DNA of 64,000 nt, taken from an uncultured Prevotellaceae bacterium. GTDB taxonomy: Bacteria > Bacteroidota > Bacteroidia > Bacteroidales > Bacteroidaceae. The stretch covers positions 25,926 through 89,925 of the forward strand of contig OMWH01000002.1 in assembly GCA_900314755.1 (NCBI GenBank). Reading direction: 5' to 3'. The translations under genes were made by a program, and so were the position numbers. Positions within the stretch are counted from its first letter, which is position 1, and every line of letters starts with the position of its first letter. The notes beneath the pieces were generated by a model. The model was not told where the DNA came from. It did not search any database and saw only the letters and a list, made by a program, of their open reading frames with translations. This document shows, piece after piece, positions 19,099-28,938 of the stretch.

Positions 19099-19239
19099 AA
19101 AGGATGCTTCTAACTCCCTCGAAGGACGTACCTGATACCCCAACACCAGTAACCTGTTACCCCTACGCAAGGCATCTTTAACTGTGACCGGAGGCATCGG
19201 ACACTCTCGTCTTACAAAGCCTTAGGTTACGTTCATGAT

Positions 19240-19268
19240 GAGGATGTGTCAAAATAGGCACATCCTCT
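19240..19268 (-). terminator. Hairpin downstream of DUF3127 gene; inverted near-copy of the rpsA terminator
   Basis: GAGGATGTGTCAAAATAGGCACATCCTCT; its reverse complement is 27/29 identical to 10994-11022. Confidence 0.75.
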
Positions 19269-19344
19269 ATGAGACACAATAAGGCGGAAGACCTCACAGT
19301 CCTCCACCTTATTATATTATATAGGGCACCGTTAAAAGGTAATC

Positions 19345-19746
19345 CTAAAAGGGAAGGTCATCAGCACTACCCTCGCCTGCCGGTTCCTGTGCAGGAGGGA
19401 ACGGTGCGGTGGCATCCTGAGGAGCAGCCTGTGCTGGAGGGAACGGAGCCTGGGGGGCTGCAGCAACAGGAGCAGCACCACGAGTCACGTTATAGGCACG
19501 GATCTCGTTAAACCAACGTCCATTATACTCATGAGCATCAATGTCGAAGCTTACAGTCACCTCTTCACCATTCTGGATGTTAAACTGCTTGATACGGTCT
19601 TCTCCGAAAATTCGGAAGACACACTTACGAGGATACTGACCAGGAACCTCAATCACATATTCCTGCGACATCCAAGGATTTCCTGTACGTGACGACACGC
19701 CACTGTTTGCCGGAAGCACGGCAATAATCTTACCTGTTAATTCCAT
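19345..19746 (-). CDS. DUF3127 family protein (OB-fold, SSB-like acidic tail)
   Basis: MELTGKIIAVLP, SFDIDAHEYNGRWFNEIRAY, C-terminal DDLPF. Confidence 0.9.
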   Translation of the reverse strand: MELTGKIIAVLPANSGVSSRTGNPWMSQEYVIEVPGQYPRKCVFRIFGEDRIKQFNIQNGEEVTVSFDIDAHEYNGRWFNEIRAYNVTRGAAPVAAAPQAPFPPAQAAPQDATAPFPPAQEPAGEGSADDLPF

Positions 19747-19912
19747 AATAATTTATTCGTTATTAATTGTTGATTTTACGTTTCAGATTGCGAAATTACG
19801 AAAAATACTTTTAATTTGAGAATATTTTACGGAATATTTTTGCATTTGAACAAGTTATTTTGTATTTTTGTAGTCAATTTGAATGACTTAAAACATATAA
19901 ACGAAATAACTC

Positions 19913-21037
19913 ATGAGATTTACCGTATCAAGCACTGCGCTAAGCAGCAAACTTAATGCACTTTCCAGAGTCATTAACAGCAAGAACTCCTTGCCTATCT
20001 TAGCAGACTTTTTATTCGACATTCAAGACAACGTACTCCGCCTGACAGCCTCTGACAGCGAGAATGTGATGAACACGCAGGTAGAGTTAACCGACTGTGA
20101 CGGCAATGTCCGTTTTGCCATTGGTAACCACGACTTATTAGAAGCCGTTAAGGGATTTTCTGAGCAGCCAATCACCTTTGAAGTCAACCTGCAAGAGAAT
20201 TTGGTCAAAATCAGCTACCAGAATGGTATGTTCTCACTTCCCATAGAGAATGCCAATGAATATCCTCAGGCTCAGTCTGTTGGTGAAGGAGCCCATATCA
20301 TCAGCATCGCAAGCGGATTGCTGGCTGAAAATATTAACCGTTCGTTGTTTGCCACTGCTCAGGACGAGCTTCGTCCCGTCATGAACGGAATCTATTTTGA
20401 CCTTACCCCTGAGTGTCTTGCTATCGTTGCCTCTGACGGTCACAAATTAGTACGCAACAAGATTTTTACAATCCAAAGCGAACAACCCTCAGCATTCATC
20501 CTTCCTAAGAAGCCTGCTTCATTACTGAAGAACCTATTGCAGAAAGACGGAGGTGACGTTGAGATTCGTTTTGACGAGCGTAACGCACAGATCAGTTATG
20601 GAGACGGGCAGTTGATATGCCGTCTTATAGAAGGTCGTTATCCGAACTATAATTCCGTTATCCCACAAGGGAACCCCAATGTGCTGACTATTGACCGCCT
20701 TGGGCTTCTTGCCGCCCTTCGTCGTGTACAACCTTTTGCCAATGACTCCAGCAACTTAATCCGCTTCCATGTAGAAGGTGGTACATTACAGTTAGACGCT
20801 GAGGATTATGACTTCTCCAAAACAGCAACAGAACGCATGTCATGCGACTATAGCGGTCAGCCTATGAGCATTGGTTTCAAAGGAGCATCCTTCATAGAGA
20901 TTCTCAGCAACTTCGACTGTCAGGATGTGATTATCCAGCTTGCAGATCCTAGTCGTGCAGGTCTCGTCTTGCCATCAGAGCAGCCAGAGAATCAAGATGT
21001 ACTGATGCTGATGATGCCTATGCTCATCAATGATTAA
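19913..21037 (+). CDS. dnaN: DNA polymerase III beta clamp
   Basis: 374 aa; RPVMNGI, VASDGHKL, LIEGRYPNY, LMMPM. Confidence 0.97.
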   Translation: MRFTVSSTALSSKLNALSRVINSKNSLPILADFLFDIQDNVLRLTASDSENVMNTQVELTDCDGNVRFAIGNHDLLEAVKGFSEQPITFEVNLQENLVKISYQNGMFSLPIENANEYPQAQSVGEGAHIISIASGLLAENINRSLFATAQDELRPVMNGIYFDLTPECLAIVASDGHKLVRNKIFTIQSEQPSAFILPKKPASLLKNLLQKDGGDVEIRFDERNAQISYGDGQLICRLIEGRYPNYNSVIPQGNPNVLTIDRLGLLAALRRVQPFANDSSNLIRFHVEGGTLQLDAEDYDFSKTATERMSCDYSGQPMSIGFKGASFIEILSNFDCQDVIIQLADPSRAGLVLPSEQPENQDVLMLMMPMLIND

Positions 21038-21048
21038 ACACTATAAAG

Positions 21049-21906
21049 ATGAAACTGAATCTTCAGAAACCACTTGTTATATTTGATTTGGAGACCACGG
21101 GCCTTGACCTTGTCAAGGACCGTGTCATTCAAATATCCTATATAAAGGTATTCCCCGATGGAAAAGAAGAACGAGGTAATCACCTCATCAACCCCGAGAA
21201 GCCTATCCCTGAAGTAGTGGAGGAGCTGACAGGCATTAAGAATGAAGACGTAAAGGACAAACCTACCTTCAAGCAGATGGCACAGCAACTTAACCAAGTT
21301 TTCAGTGGCAGTGACATTGCCGGGTATAACTCCAACCATTTCGACGTACCTCTGTTAGCGGAAGAGTTCCTAAGAGCAGGTATTGACTTTGATTTCTCCA
21401 GATGCCGTCTGATTGATGCGCAGACAATCTATCATAAGATGGAGCGGCGAAACCTTGCTGCCGCCTATAAGTTCTACTGCGGCAGGAAGATGGAAGAAGA
21501 CTTCACGGCACATCGTGCTGATGAAGACACAGAGGCTACCTATCGGGTGTTACAGGGAGAGTTAGACATGTACACGGCAGAAAAACAGGAAGATCCTGAG
21601 CGCGTCCTACAGAATGACATGCAATTCCTTGCTGATTTCTCAAAGTCTAATGATAATGTTGACTTTGCCGGACGAATAGTCTGGGGGGAGATGAAAGACC
21701 GGACAGGAAAGACCGTTCTCGACAAAGAAGGAAAGCCCGTTATAACAGAGGTCTTTAACTTCGGGAAATACAAAGGACAACCCGTGTCACAAGTTCTCCG
21801 CTATGACCCAGGTTATTACAGTTGGATATTGGCAGGTGATTTCACTTATAACACCAAACAAGTTCTCACACGTATTCGTCTTCGTGAGAGTCAAATGAAC
21901 GCTTGA
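21049..21906 (+). CDS. DEDDh 3'-5' exonuclease (DnaQ-like)
   Basis: FDLETTG, YNSNHFD, HRADEDT. Confidence 0.92.
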   Translation: MKLNLQKPLVIFDLETTGLDLVKDRVIQISYIKVFPDGKEERGNHLINPEKPIPEVVEELTGIKNEDVKDKPTFKQMAQQLNQVFSGSDIAGYNSNHFDVPLLAEEFLRAGIDFDFSRCRLIDAQTIYHKMERRNLAAAYKFYCGRKMEEDFTAHRADEDTEATYRVLQGELDMYTAEKQEDPERVLQNDMQFLADFSKSNDNVDFAGRIVWGEMKDRTGKTVLDKEGKPVITEVFNFGKYKGQPVSQVLRYDPGYYSWILAGDFTYNTKQVLTRIRLRESQMNA

Positions 21907-23102
21907 CTATGCTTAAAGGAAAGAAAATCGTTTTAGGAATTACAGGCTCCATTGCTGCCTATAAGGCATGTTATATCATCCGTGGACTGATAAAGGCTGG
22001 TGCAGAAGTACAAGTGGTTATCACCCCTGCGGGGAAAGAGTTTATCACACCTATTACACTCTCTGCGCTAACCCAGAAGCCTGTCATCAGCGATTTCTTT
22101 TCACAGCGCGACGGAACGTGGCACTCCCATGTAGCTCTTGGGCTATGGGCTGATGCCATGCTTATCGCGCCCTGCACCGCCTCTACCCTTGGGAAAATGG
22201 CTCACGGTGTTGCTGACAACATGCTCATCACCACCTATTTGTCCATGAAGGCTCCTGTATTCATCGCTCCCGCCATGGACCTGGACATGTACCAGCATCC
22301 CACGACTCAGGAGAATCTCCGTATGTTGCAGTCGTTTGGCAATCAGGTCATCGAACCACAGAGCGGTTTCCTCGCCTCCGGACTGGAAGGAAAAGGACGC
22401 ATGGAAGAGCCTGAGAAGATTGTCGAGTTCTTAGACCGTGCGCTATCAACTGATGCCCCACTCGCAGGGAAGAAGATCATGATCACCGCTGGTCCTACCT
22501 ATGAGAAGATTGACCCAGTCCGCTTTATAGGCAACTACAGCAGTGGCAAAATGGGATTCGCCCTTGCTGAGGAGTGTGCCCGCCAGGGCGCTGATGTGGA
22601 ACTGGTTGCCGGTCCCGTCTCCTTGACCACCCACCACCCTAACATCCATCGTACTGATGTGGAGAGTTGCGAAGAGATGTACCATGCTGCTACCAGTATT
22701 TATTCGTCATGTCATGCTGCTATTCTCTGTGCGGCAGTAGCAGACTTCCGTCCAGAGAGCATTGCTGATGAGAAAATCAAGAGAGAGCATGACGACCTTG
22801 TCATCCGTCTAAAGCCTACCTATGATATCGCAGCCGCTCTGGGACAGATGAAACGTCCTGACCAACGACTGGTAGGCTTTGCCTTGGAGACCAACGATGA
22901 ACAGCAGAATGCCTTGGGGAAACTGGAGCGTAAGAATCTCGACTTTATCGTCCTGAACTCTCTGCGTAACGAAGGGACATGCTTTCAGTCTGACGAGAAC
23001 CAGATCACCATCATATCCCACCAAGGACAGAAAGACTATCCCCGCAAACCGAAGAATGAGGTCGCTACTGATATTGTTAACGAATTAGCATCCATCCTAT
23101 GA
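21903..23102 (+). CDS. coaBC: Phosphopantothenoylcysteine decarboxylase/ligase
   Basis: GITGSIAAYK, PAMDLDM, TAGPTYEKIDPVRFIGNYSSGKMG (start may be 21909). Confidence 0.97.
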   Translation: MTMLKGKKIVLGITGSIAAYKACYIIRGLIKAGAEVQVVITPAGKEFITPITLSALTQKPVISDFFSQRDGTWHSHVALGLWADAMLIAPCTASTLGKMAHGVADNMLITTYLSMKAPVFIAPAMDLDMYQHPTTQENLRMLQSFGNQVIEPQSGFLASGLEGKGRMEEPEKIVEFLDRALSTDAPLAGKKIMITAGPTYEKIDPVRFIGNYSSGKMGFALAEECARQGADVELVAGPVSLTTHHPNIHRTDVESCEEMYHAATSIYSSCHAAILCAAVADFRPESIADEKIKREHDDLVIRLKPTYDIAAALGQMKRPDQRLVGFALETNDEQQNALGKLERKNLDFIVLNSLRNEGTCFQSDENQITIISHQGQKDYPRKPKNEVATDIVNELASIL

Positions 23103-23998
23103 AGAGAATTATCTGGCTTGTCATCATCATATTCTGTCCTTGCTGTCTCCATGCCCAGGAGCTGAATGCGAAGATTACGATAAACCATGCCCAGATACAA
23201 GGTACGGATGCCAGTATCTTTGAGACGCTGCAACAATCGTTGGAGCAGTTTGTCAACGATCGCCAATGGACAGACTATCAATTCCAGAAACATGAGCGTA
23301 TCAACTGCAACTTCAATATCACGATTACCAAATATGACAAGAGCAGCAATCGTTTTGAGGCGACTGCCATGATACAGGCAAACCGTCCCGTCTATCATTC
23401 CACCTACACCTCCACCTTATATAATAATAAGGATGATGACTTTCACTTTGACTATGCGCAATTTGACCAGTTAAACTTCCAGGAGGAAATCATCGACAAC
23501 CAGTTGACGGCACTCTTTGCCTATTATGCCTACCTCATTATCGGACTTGACCTCGACAGTTTCTCACCCATGGGAGGAACTGACGTCTTGCAGCGTTGCC
23601 TTAATCTGGTCAATAACACGCAAAATCTTGGATTCCCCGGATGGAAAGCTTTTGAGACCAGTCGCAACCGCTTTGCCATCATCAACGATTATCTGGACGA
23701 GGCGCTGAAACCGTTACGCCAGCTGCAGTACGACTATTACCGCACAGGTCTTGATGAGATGGCGAATAATGCGGAACGAGGAAGGGCGAATGTCACCACA
23801 GCACTTAATAGCCTCAAGGAAGCACACGAGAACAAACCCTTAAGTTTACTTCCCCAGATATGGACCGACTATAAGCGTGACGAGCTTGCCTCCATCTATC
23901 ACGGGAAAGGTACTCAGAAGGAGAAGGAGCAGGTCTATGAACTGCTGTTCTCTATCAATGCCTCTCAAAGTAACGCATGGGATCAAATTAAGAATTAA
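23099..23998 (+). CDS. DUF4835 family protein (PorD-like, T9SS-associated)
   Basis: Signal peptide then QELNAKITIN, LFAYYAYLIIGLDLDSFS; usual position between coaBC and recN. Confidence 0.8.
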   Translation: MKRIIWLVIIIFCPCCLHAQELNAKITINHAQIQGTDASIFETLQQSLEQFVNDRQWTDYQFQKHERINCNFNITITKYDKSSNRFEATAMIQANRPVYHSTYTSTLYNNKDDDFHFDYAQFDQLNFQEEIIDNQLTALFAYYAYLIIGLDLDSFSPMGGTDVLQRCLNLVNNTQNLGFPGWKAFETSRNRFAIINDYLDEALKPLRQLQYDYYRTGLDEMANNAERGRANVTTALNSLKEAHENKPLSLLPQIWTDYKRDELASIYHGKGTQKEKEQVYELLFSINASQSNAWDQIKN

Positions 23999-24001
23999 GA
24001 A

Positions 24002-25666
24002 ATGCTCACACAACTATATATCAAGAACTTCACCCTGATTGATGAACTCGACATCGAGCTACGTCCAGGTTTCTCTGTCATCACCGGAGAGACGGGTGCC
24101 GGCAAGAGCATCATCCTTGGTGCCATCGGACTTCTTTTAGGACAGCGGGCGGACTCCAAGAGCATCAAGCAAGGCTGTGACCGTTGTATTATCGAGGCAC
24201 ATTTCGACCTGACCCGTTATCAGCTGACCTCCTTCTTCGAGGAGAACGACATCGATAATGATGCCAGTGACTGCATCGTCCGCCGTGAGCTGACAGCAGC
24301 AGGAAAAAGCCGCGCCTTCATCAACGACACCCCTGTGTCCTTGGCATTATTAAAGGAACTGGGCGATATGCTGGTGGATGTTCACTCGCAGCATCAGAAC
24401 CTGCTGTTAGGAAAACAAGACTTCCAACTGGAGGTCGTCGACACCCTTGCCAATGACCAGGACAGTCTTTCCGCTTACCAGAAAGACTTCACCGCATACC
24501 ACGACAAACAGCGGCAGCTGCAGGACTTACAGGAGGAGATGGAGCGTAACCGCCAGAACATCGACTTCCTGCAGTTCCAATATAATGAACTGGAACAAGC
24601 CCATCTCATAGAGGATGAGCAAGAGGAGATGGAGCAACAGCGTGAGACGATGGCTCATAGTGAGGATATCAAGACCGCACTCTATGAGACGAGGAACCAT
24701 CTTGCCGCTGATGAGCAAGGTGCTCTCTCCCTACTCCGCAAGTCTATCACTGCCCTGCAATCCATCACAAAAGTCTATCCTGCCACTGAGGAATGGGTAG
24801 AACGTATGGAGAGCTGTCAGATAGAGCTGAAGGATATCGCGCAAGATGTGGAAGGACGTCTGGACGATATCGATTTCGACCCTGCCGAACTGGACCGTAT
24901 CAACCAGCGTCTTGACAAACTATATGACTTACAGAAGAAATACCATGTAGAGACCGTTGCGGAACTCATCCGCCAGCGTGACGACTTGAAACGGCAACTC
25001 AGTCAGATAGAGAACAGCGACGACACCCTGAACGCCTTGCAAGAGGAACTTCATGTGCTGCAAGGGAAATGCCAGCAGAAAGCTGACAAGTTGACCAAAC
25101 AGCGGCAGAAAGCGACCAAGGAGATAGAGCGACAGATGCTTGAGCGTCTGAAATCACTCGGCATGCCGAATGTCCGCTTTGAGGTGACGATCCAGAAGAC
25201 CGACCTCCGCAAAGACGGACAGGACGATGTGGCATTCCTGTTTAGTGCCAACACCTCCAGTCCGTTGCAACCTATCGCACAGGTGGCATCCGGTGGTGAG
25301 ATTGCCCGTGTGATGCTCTCCCTGAAGGCGATGATCAGCGGAGCCGTCAAACTCCCCACCATCATCTTTGATGAGATAGACACCGGTGTCAGCGGAAAGA
25401 TTGCCGAGCGTATGGCAGAGATCATGCAGGAGATGGGTGCCAACGACCGTCAGGTCATCTCCATCACACACCTCCCACAGATTGCCGCCCTCGGTACCAC
25501 CCATTACCGTGTCTCCAAGCAAGAGACAGCAACGGGTACGACCAGTCGTATGCAACTGCTCTCCGACGAGGAACGTATCCACGAGATTGCCCAGATGCTC
25601 AGTGGCAGTGACGTCTCTGCCGCCGCTATACAAAACGCAAAAGAACTTCTTAAAATAGAATCATGA
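24002..25666 (+). CDS. recN: DNA repair protein RecN
   Basis: GETGAGKS, VASGGEIAR, IFDEIDTGVSG, ITHLPQIAA. Confidence 0.97.
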   Translation: MLTQLYIKNFTLIDELDIELRPGFSVITGETGAGKSIILGAIGLLLGQRADSKSIKQGCDRCIIEAHFDLTRYQLTSFFEENDIDNDASDCIVRRELTAAGKSRAFINDTPVSLALLKELGDMLVDVHSQHQNLLLGKQDFQLEVVDTLANDQDSLSAYQKDFTAYHDKQRQLQDLQEEMERNRQNIDFLQFQYNELEQAHLIEDEQEEMEQQRETMAHSEDIKTALYETRNHLAADEQGALSLLRKSITALQSITKVYPATEEWVERMESCQIELKDIAQDVEGRLDDIDFDPAELDRINQRLDKLYDLQKKYHVETVAELIRQRDDLKRQLSQIENSDDTLNALQEELHVLQGKCQQKADKLTKQRQKATKEIERQMLERLKSLGMPNVRFEVTIQKTDLRKDGQDDVAFLFSANTSSPLQPIAQVASGGEIARVMLSLKAMISGAVKLPTIIFDEIDTGVSGKIAERMAEIMQEMGANDRQVISITHLPQIAALGTTHYRVSKQETATGTTSRMQLLSDEERIHEIAQMLSGSDVSAAAIQNAKELLKIES

Positions 25667-25667
25667 T

Positions 25668-27341
25668 ATGCTGAAGAAAATACTATTATTCATACCCCTC
25701 TGCCTCTTTACCCTTTTACCCGTCTCCGCACAGTCATGGGCATCAAAGGCTGTAAAGTCATTGCTGACACTGAAGACGTTTTCCAAAGACGGAACCCTCC
25801 TTGCCAGCAGCACAGGCTTCTTCGTCGGTACTGACGGTGAGGCTGTCAGCAGCTATGCGCCTTTCAAGGGGGCACAGCGTGCCGTTGTCATTGACGCACA
25901 AGGAAAAGAATATCCTGTCGAGTTCATGCTGGGGGCTAACGAGACCTATGATGTGGCGAAATTCCAAGCTGCCGCACGAAAGACCACCCCGCTTCCCATT
26001 GCAGCCACTGCCACGAAAGGAAGCAGTGTATGGCTCCTGCCCTATGCTGTCAAGAAGACCCCCGACTGCGTACAGGGAACCATCAGCAATGCGGAGCTGT
26101 TTCAAGACAAATACCAGTACTACACCCTCCAGCTGACTGCCGAGGAGAGTCAGATCAGTTGCCCTGTCCTCAACCAAAACGGCGAGGTGGTCGGGATTAT
26201 CCAGCCGTCAGCAGGAGACCAGAAAGGAACATCCTATGCTGTCAGTGCCCGCTTCGCGACAGACCTGAAGATTGTCGGACTCAGCATTAACGACCCGGTA
26301 TTCAAACAGACACAAATACCCATGGCGATGCCTGACGATGCCAAGGAAGCTCTGCTCTCCCTTTTCCTTGCCTCCTCATCGCTGAGCGAGAGCGAGTATG
26401 TCAATATGGTTGAGCGCTTCATCCAGAAGTTCCCTAACGAAGCAGACGGCTATATCTATCGTGCCCGTTATCAGGTCTCTAAAGGTAATTTCAGCAGTGC
26501 CGAAGAGGACATGCAGAAAGTCCTGAAGACCAACGGGGAGAAAGACGACGTGCATTACCAGTATGCAGACATCATCTACCAGAAAGAAATCTATCAGAGT
26601 GACAAGCCCTTCAGTGCATGGACACTCGACAAGGCTTTCAGCGAGTCACAAGAAGCCTACCGCATCAATCCCATGCCTATCTATTTACAGCAACAGGCAC
26701 AGATCAGATACGCACAGGGACAATATGCGGATGCCTATACCCTTTATGACCAGCTCACCCGCAGCGACCTGCGCAGTGCGGACATCTTCTTTGCTGCCTC
26801 ACAATGCAAGGCACAGCTGAAGGAAACCGACCAGCAACTTGCCTTGCTCGACAGTGCCGTCAACCAGTTCAGCCGTCCTTATATCAAGACGGCGGCACCC
26901 TACCTGCTGGCTCGTGCACAGGCTTTGTACGACAATGCAAAATACCGTCCTGCCGTCAATGACTATAATGAGTACGAGCAACTGATGGGAGCTCAGCTGG
27001 CTGCCCCCTTCTACTATCAGCGTGAGCTCGCGGAAGTGGGCGGACATCTCTACCAGCAGGCACTGAATGATATCAACAAAGCCATCGAGCTGGCACCTAC
27101 AGAGCCCATATATCAGGCAGAGAAGGCATCCCTGCAGGTCCGTGTCGGGATGCACAAGGAAGCGATGGAGACGGCTCAGCAGCTCATACGGATGTCACCA
27201 GACTTTTCAGACGGCTATCTCTTCCTGGGTCTGGCACAATGCCTTACCAACCAGAAGGCTGAGGGTACGAAGAACCTCAATAAGGCAAAGGAGCTTGGCA
27301 ACGACCAGGCGCAATCACTCATTGACAAATACGCTAAGTAA
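25668..27341 (+). CDS. Exported trypsin-like-fold plus TPR-repeat protein (catalytic His/Ser apparently absent)
   Basis: Signal peptide, STGFF, YDVAK, CPVLNQNGEVVGII; C-terminal TPRs. Confidence 0.8.
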   Translation: MLKKILLFIPLCLFTLLPVSAQSWASKAVKSLLTLKTFSKDGTLLASSTGFFVGTDGEAVSSYAPFKGAQRAVVIDAQGKEYPVEFMLGANETYDVAKFQAAARKTTPLPIAATATKGSSVWLLPYAVKKTPDCVQGTISNAELFQDKYQYYTLQLTAEESQISCPVLNQNGEVVGIIQPSAGDQKGTSYAVSARFATDLKIVGLSINDPVFKQTQIPMAMPDDAKEALLSLFLASSSLSESEYVNMVERFIQKFPNEADGYIYRARYQVSKGNFSSAEEDMQKVLKTNGEKDDVHYQYADIIYQKEIYQSDKPFSAWTLDKAFSESQEAYRINPMPIYLQQQAQIRYAQGQYADAYTLYDQLTRSDLRSADIFFAASQCKAQLKETDQQLALLDSAVNQFSRPYIKTAAPYLLARAQALYDNAKYRPAVNDYNEYEQLMGAQLAAPFYYQRELAEVGGHLYQQALNDINKAIELAPTEPIYQAEKASLQVRVGMHKEAMETAQQLIRMSPDFSDGYLFLGLAQCLTNQKAEGTKNLNKAKELGNDQAQSLIDKYAK

Positions 27342-27381
27342 TATAACTATCAAATACTTTATTAACTAAAACTTTTAGAAC

Positions 27382-28878
27382 ATGAAGAATGTACCTGAAA
27401 TTAAGATTGGAATCGTCGCTGTAAGCCGCGACTGTTTTCCTGAGTCTCTTGCAGTTAACCGCCGTAAGGCAGTCATTGCCAAGTATGTAGAGAAGTTCGG
27501 TGCTGCCGACATCTACGAGTGTCCTATCTGTATCGTGGAGAGCGAGATCCACATGTGTCAGGCTCTTGAGGACATCAAGAAGGCTGGCTGTAACGCCCTC
27601 TGCGTATACCTGGGCAACTTCGGTCCTGAGATCTCTGAGACCATGCTTGCCAAGTATTTCGACGGTCCCGCTATGTTCTGCGCTGCTGCCGAGGAGACAC
27701 AGAACGACCTGATTGACGGTCGTGGTGACGCTTACTGCGGTATGCTGAATGCCAGCCATGCACTGTCACTCCGCAAGACCCGTGCCTATATCCCCGAGGA
27801 GCCTGTAGGTGACGCTGCTCAGTGTGCTGAGATGATCCACGAGTTCGTGCCCATCGCACGTGCCATCGTTGGTCTGCAGAACCTGAAGATCATCAGTTTC
27901 GGTCCCCGTCCTAACAACTTCCTTGCCTGCAACGCTCCTATCCGTGCCCTCTATGACCTGGATGTGGAGATTGAGGAGAACTCTGAGCTCGACCTGTTGG
28001 AGTCATTCCAGAAGCATGCCGGCGACCCACGTATCGACGAGGTGGTAAAGGATATGGCTGCCGAGCTGGGACATGGCAACAAGATTCCTCAGGTATTGCC
28101 TAAGCTCGCACAGTATGAGCTGACACTGCTCGACTGGATTGAGGGCCACAAGGGCTGCCGCCAGTTCGTCACCCTGACCACCAAGTGCTGGCCTGCCTTC
28201 CAGACCATGTTCGGTTTCGTTCCCTGCTATGTGAACAGCCGTCTGACCAGCCGCGGTATCCCCGTGAGCTGTGAGGTGGACATCTACGGTACCCTCTCTG
28301 AGTATATCGGAACCTGCATCTCTCAGGATGCCGTTACCCTGCTCGACATCAACAATACCGTTCCTAACGATATGTACGAGGAGAGCATCAAGGGTAAGAA
28401 GTTCGCTTGCGACACCTATACCGACAAGGAGATCTTCATGGGCTTCCACTGTGGTAACACCGCTTCCAGCAAGATTTGCAACTGCAACATGTGCTTCCAG
28501 CGCATCATGGCACGCGCCCTGCCTGTTGAGGTGACCAACGGTACCCTGGAGGGTGACATCAAGCCAGGTCTTGCCACTGTATACCGTCTGCAGTCTACCG
28601 CTGACACCAAGCTGCGTGCTTACATCGCACAGGGTGAGGTCATTCCTGTAGCCACACGCTCCTTCGGTTCTATCGGTATCTTCGGTATCAAGAACATGAG
28701 CCGCTTCTATCGTCACGTCCTCATCGAGAAGCACTATCCACACCACTGCGCCGTGATGTTCGGACATCAGGGTAAGTATCTGTGGGAGGTCCTCAAGTAC
28801 ATGGGTATCCCCGTGGACGAGATTGACTACAACTTCCCGAAGGGTGACTTCTACCCCACCGAGAATCCTTTTGCATAA
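27382..28878 (+). CDS. L-fucose/L-arabinose isomerase family protein
   Basis: GNFGPE, RGDAYCG, KCWPAFQ, SCEVD, FHCGN, HHCAV; strong codon bias. Confidence 0.8.
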   Translation: MKNVPEIKIGIVAVSRDCFPESLAVNRRKAVIAKYVEKFGAADIYECPICIVESEIHMCQALEDIKKAGCNALCVYLGNFGPEISETMLAKYFDGPAMFCAAAEETQNDLIDGRGDAYCGMLNASHALSLRKTRAYIPEEPVGDAAQCAEMIHEFVPIARAIVGLQNLKIISFGPRPNNFLACNAPIRALYDLDVEIEENSELDLLESFQKHAGDPRIDEVVKDMAAELGHGNKIPQVLPKLAQYELTLLDWIEGHKGCRQFVTLTTKCWPAFQTMFGFVPCYVNSRLTSRGIPVSCEVDIYGTLSEYIGTCISQDAVTLLDINNTVPNDMYEESIKGKKFACDTYTDKEIFMGFHCGNTASSKICNCNMCFQRIMARALPVEVTNGTLEGDIKPGLATVYRLQSTADTKLRAYIAQGEVIPVATRSFGSIGIFGIKNMSRFYRHVLIEKHYPHHCAVMFGHQGKYLWEVLKYMGIPVDEIDYNFPKGDFYPTENPFA

Positions 28879-28890
28879 TGCAATAACCTC

Positions 28891-28922
28891 AAGAGGATGT
28901 GCGACGGCACATCCTCTTTTTT
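28891..28922. terminator. Bidirectional terminator between isomerase and dnaB (GAGGATGTG hairpin family)
   Basis: AAGAGGATGTGC-GACG-GCACATCCTCTT followed by a T tract. Confidence 0.85.
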
Positions 28923-28938
28923 TCTCATATGAAACAGC

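Larger units (their letters stand above)
11030..19235. mobile_element. AT-rich accessory island (putative defence/stress island), no integrase in window
   Basis: Hypothetical, WYL, kinase and RM-remnant genes lie between the convergent core genes rpsA and DUF3127. Spot count 17/60 GC at 12361-12420. Internal repeats present. Confidence 0.6.

Noticed and set aside
19197-19211. Third copy of the WYL operator (TCGGACACTCTCGTC)
   Set aside because: The dyad spacing is one base shorter and there is no TAnnTTTG box 12 nt downstream; at most a degenerate relic.
11030-19235. Prophage or integrative element call for the island
   Set aside because: No integrase, transposase, relaxase, structural gene or tRNA target was seen.
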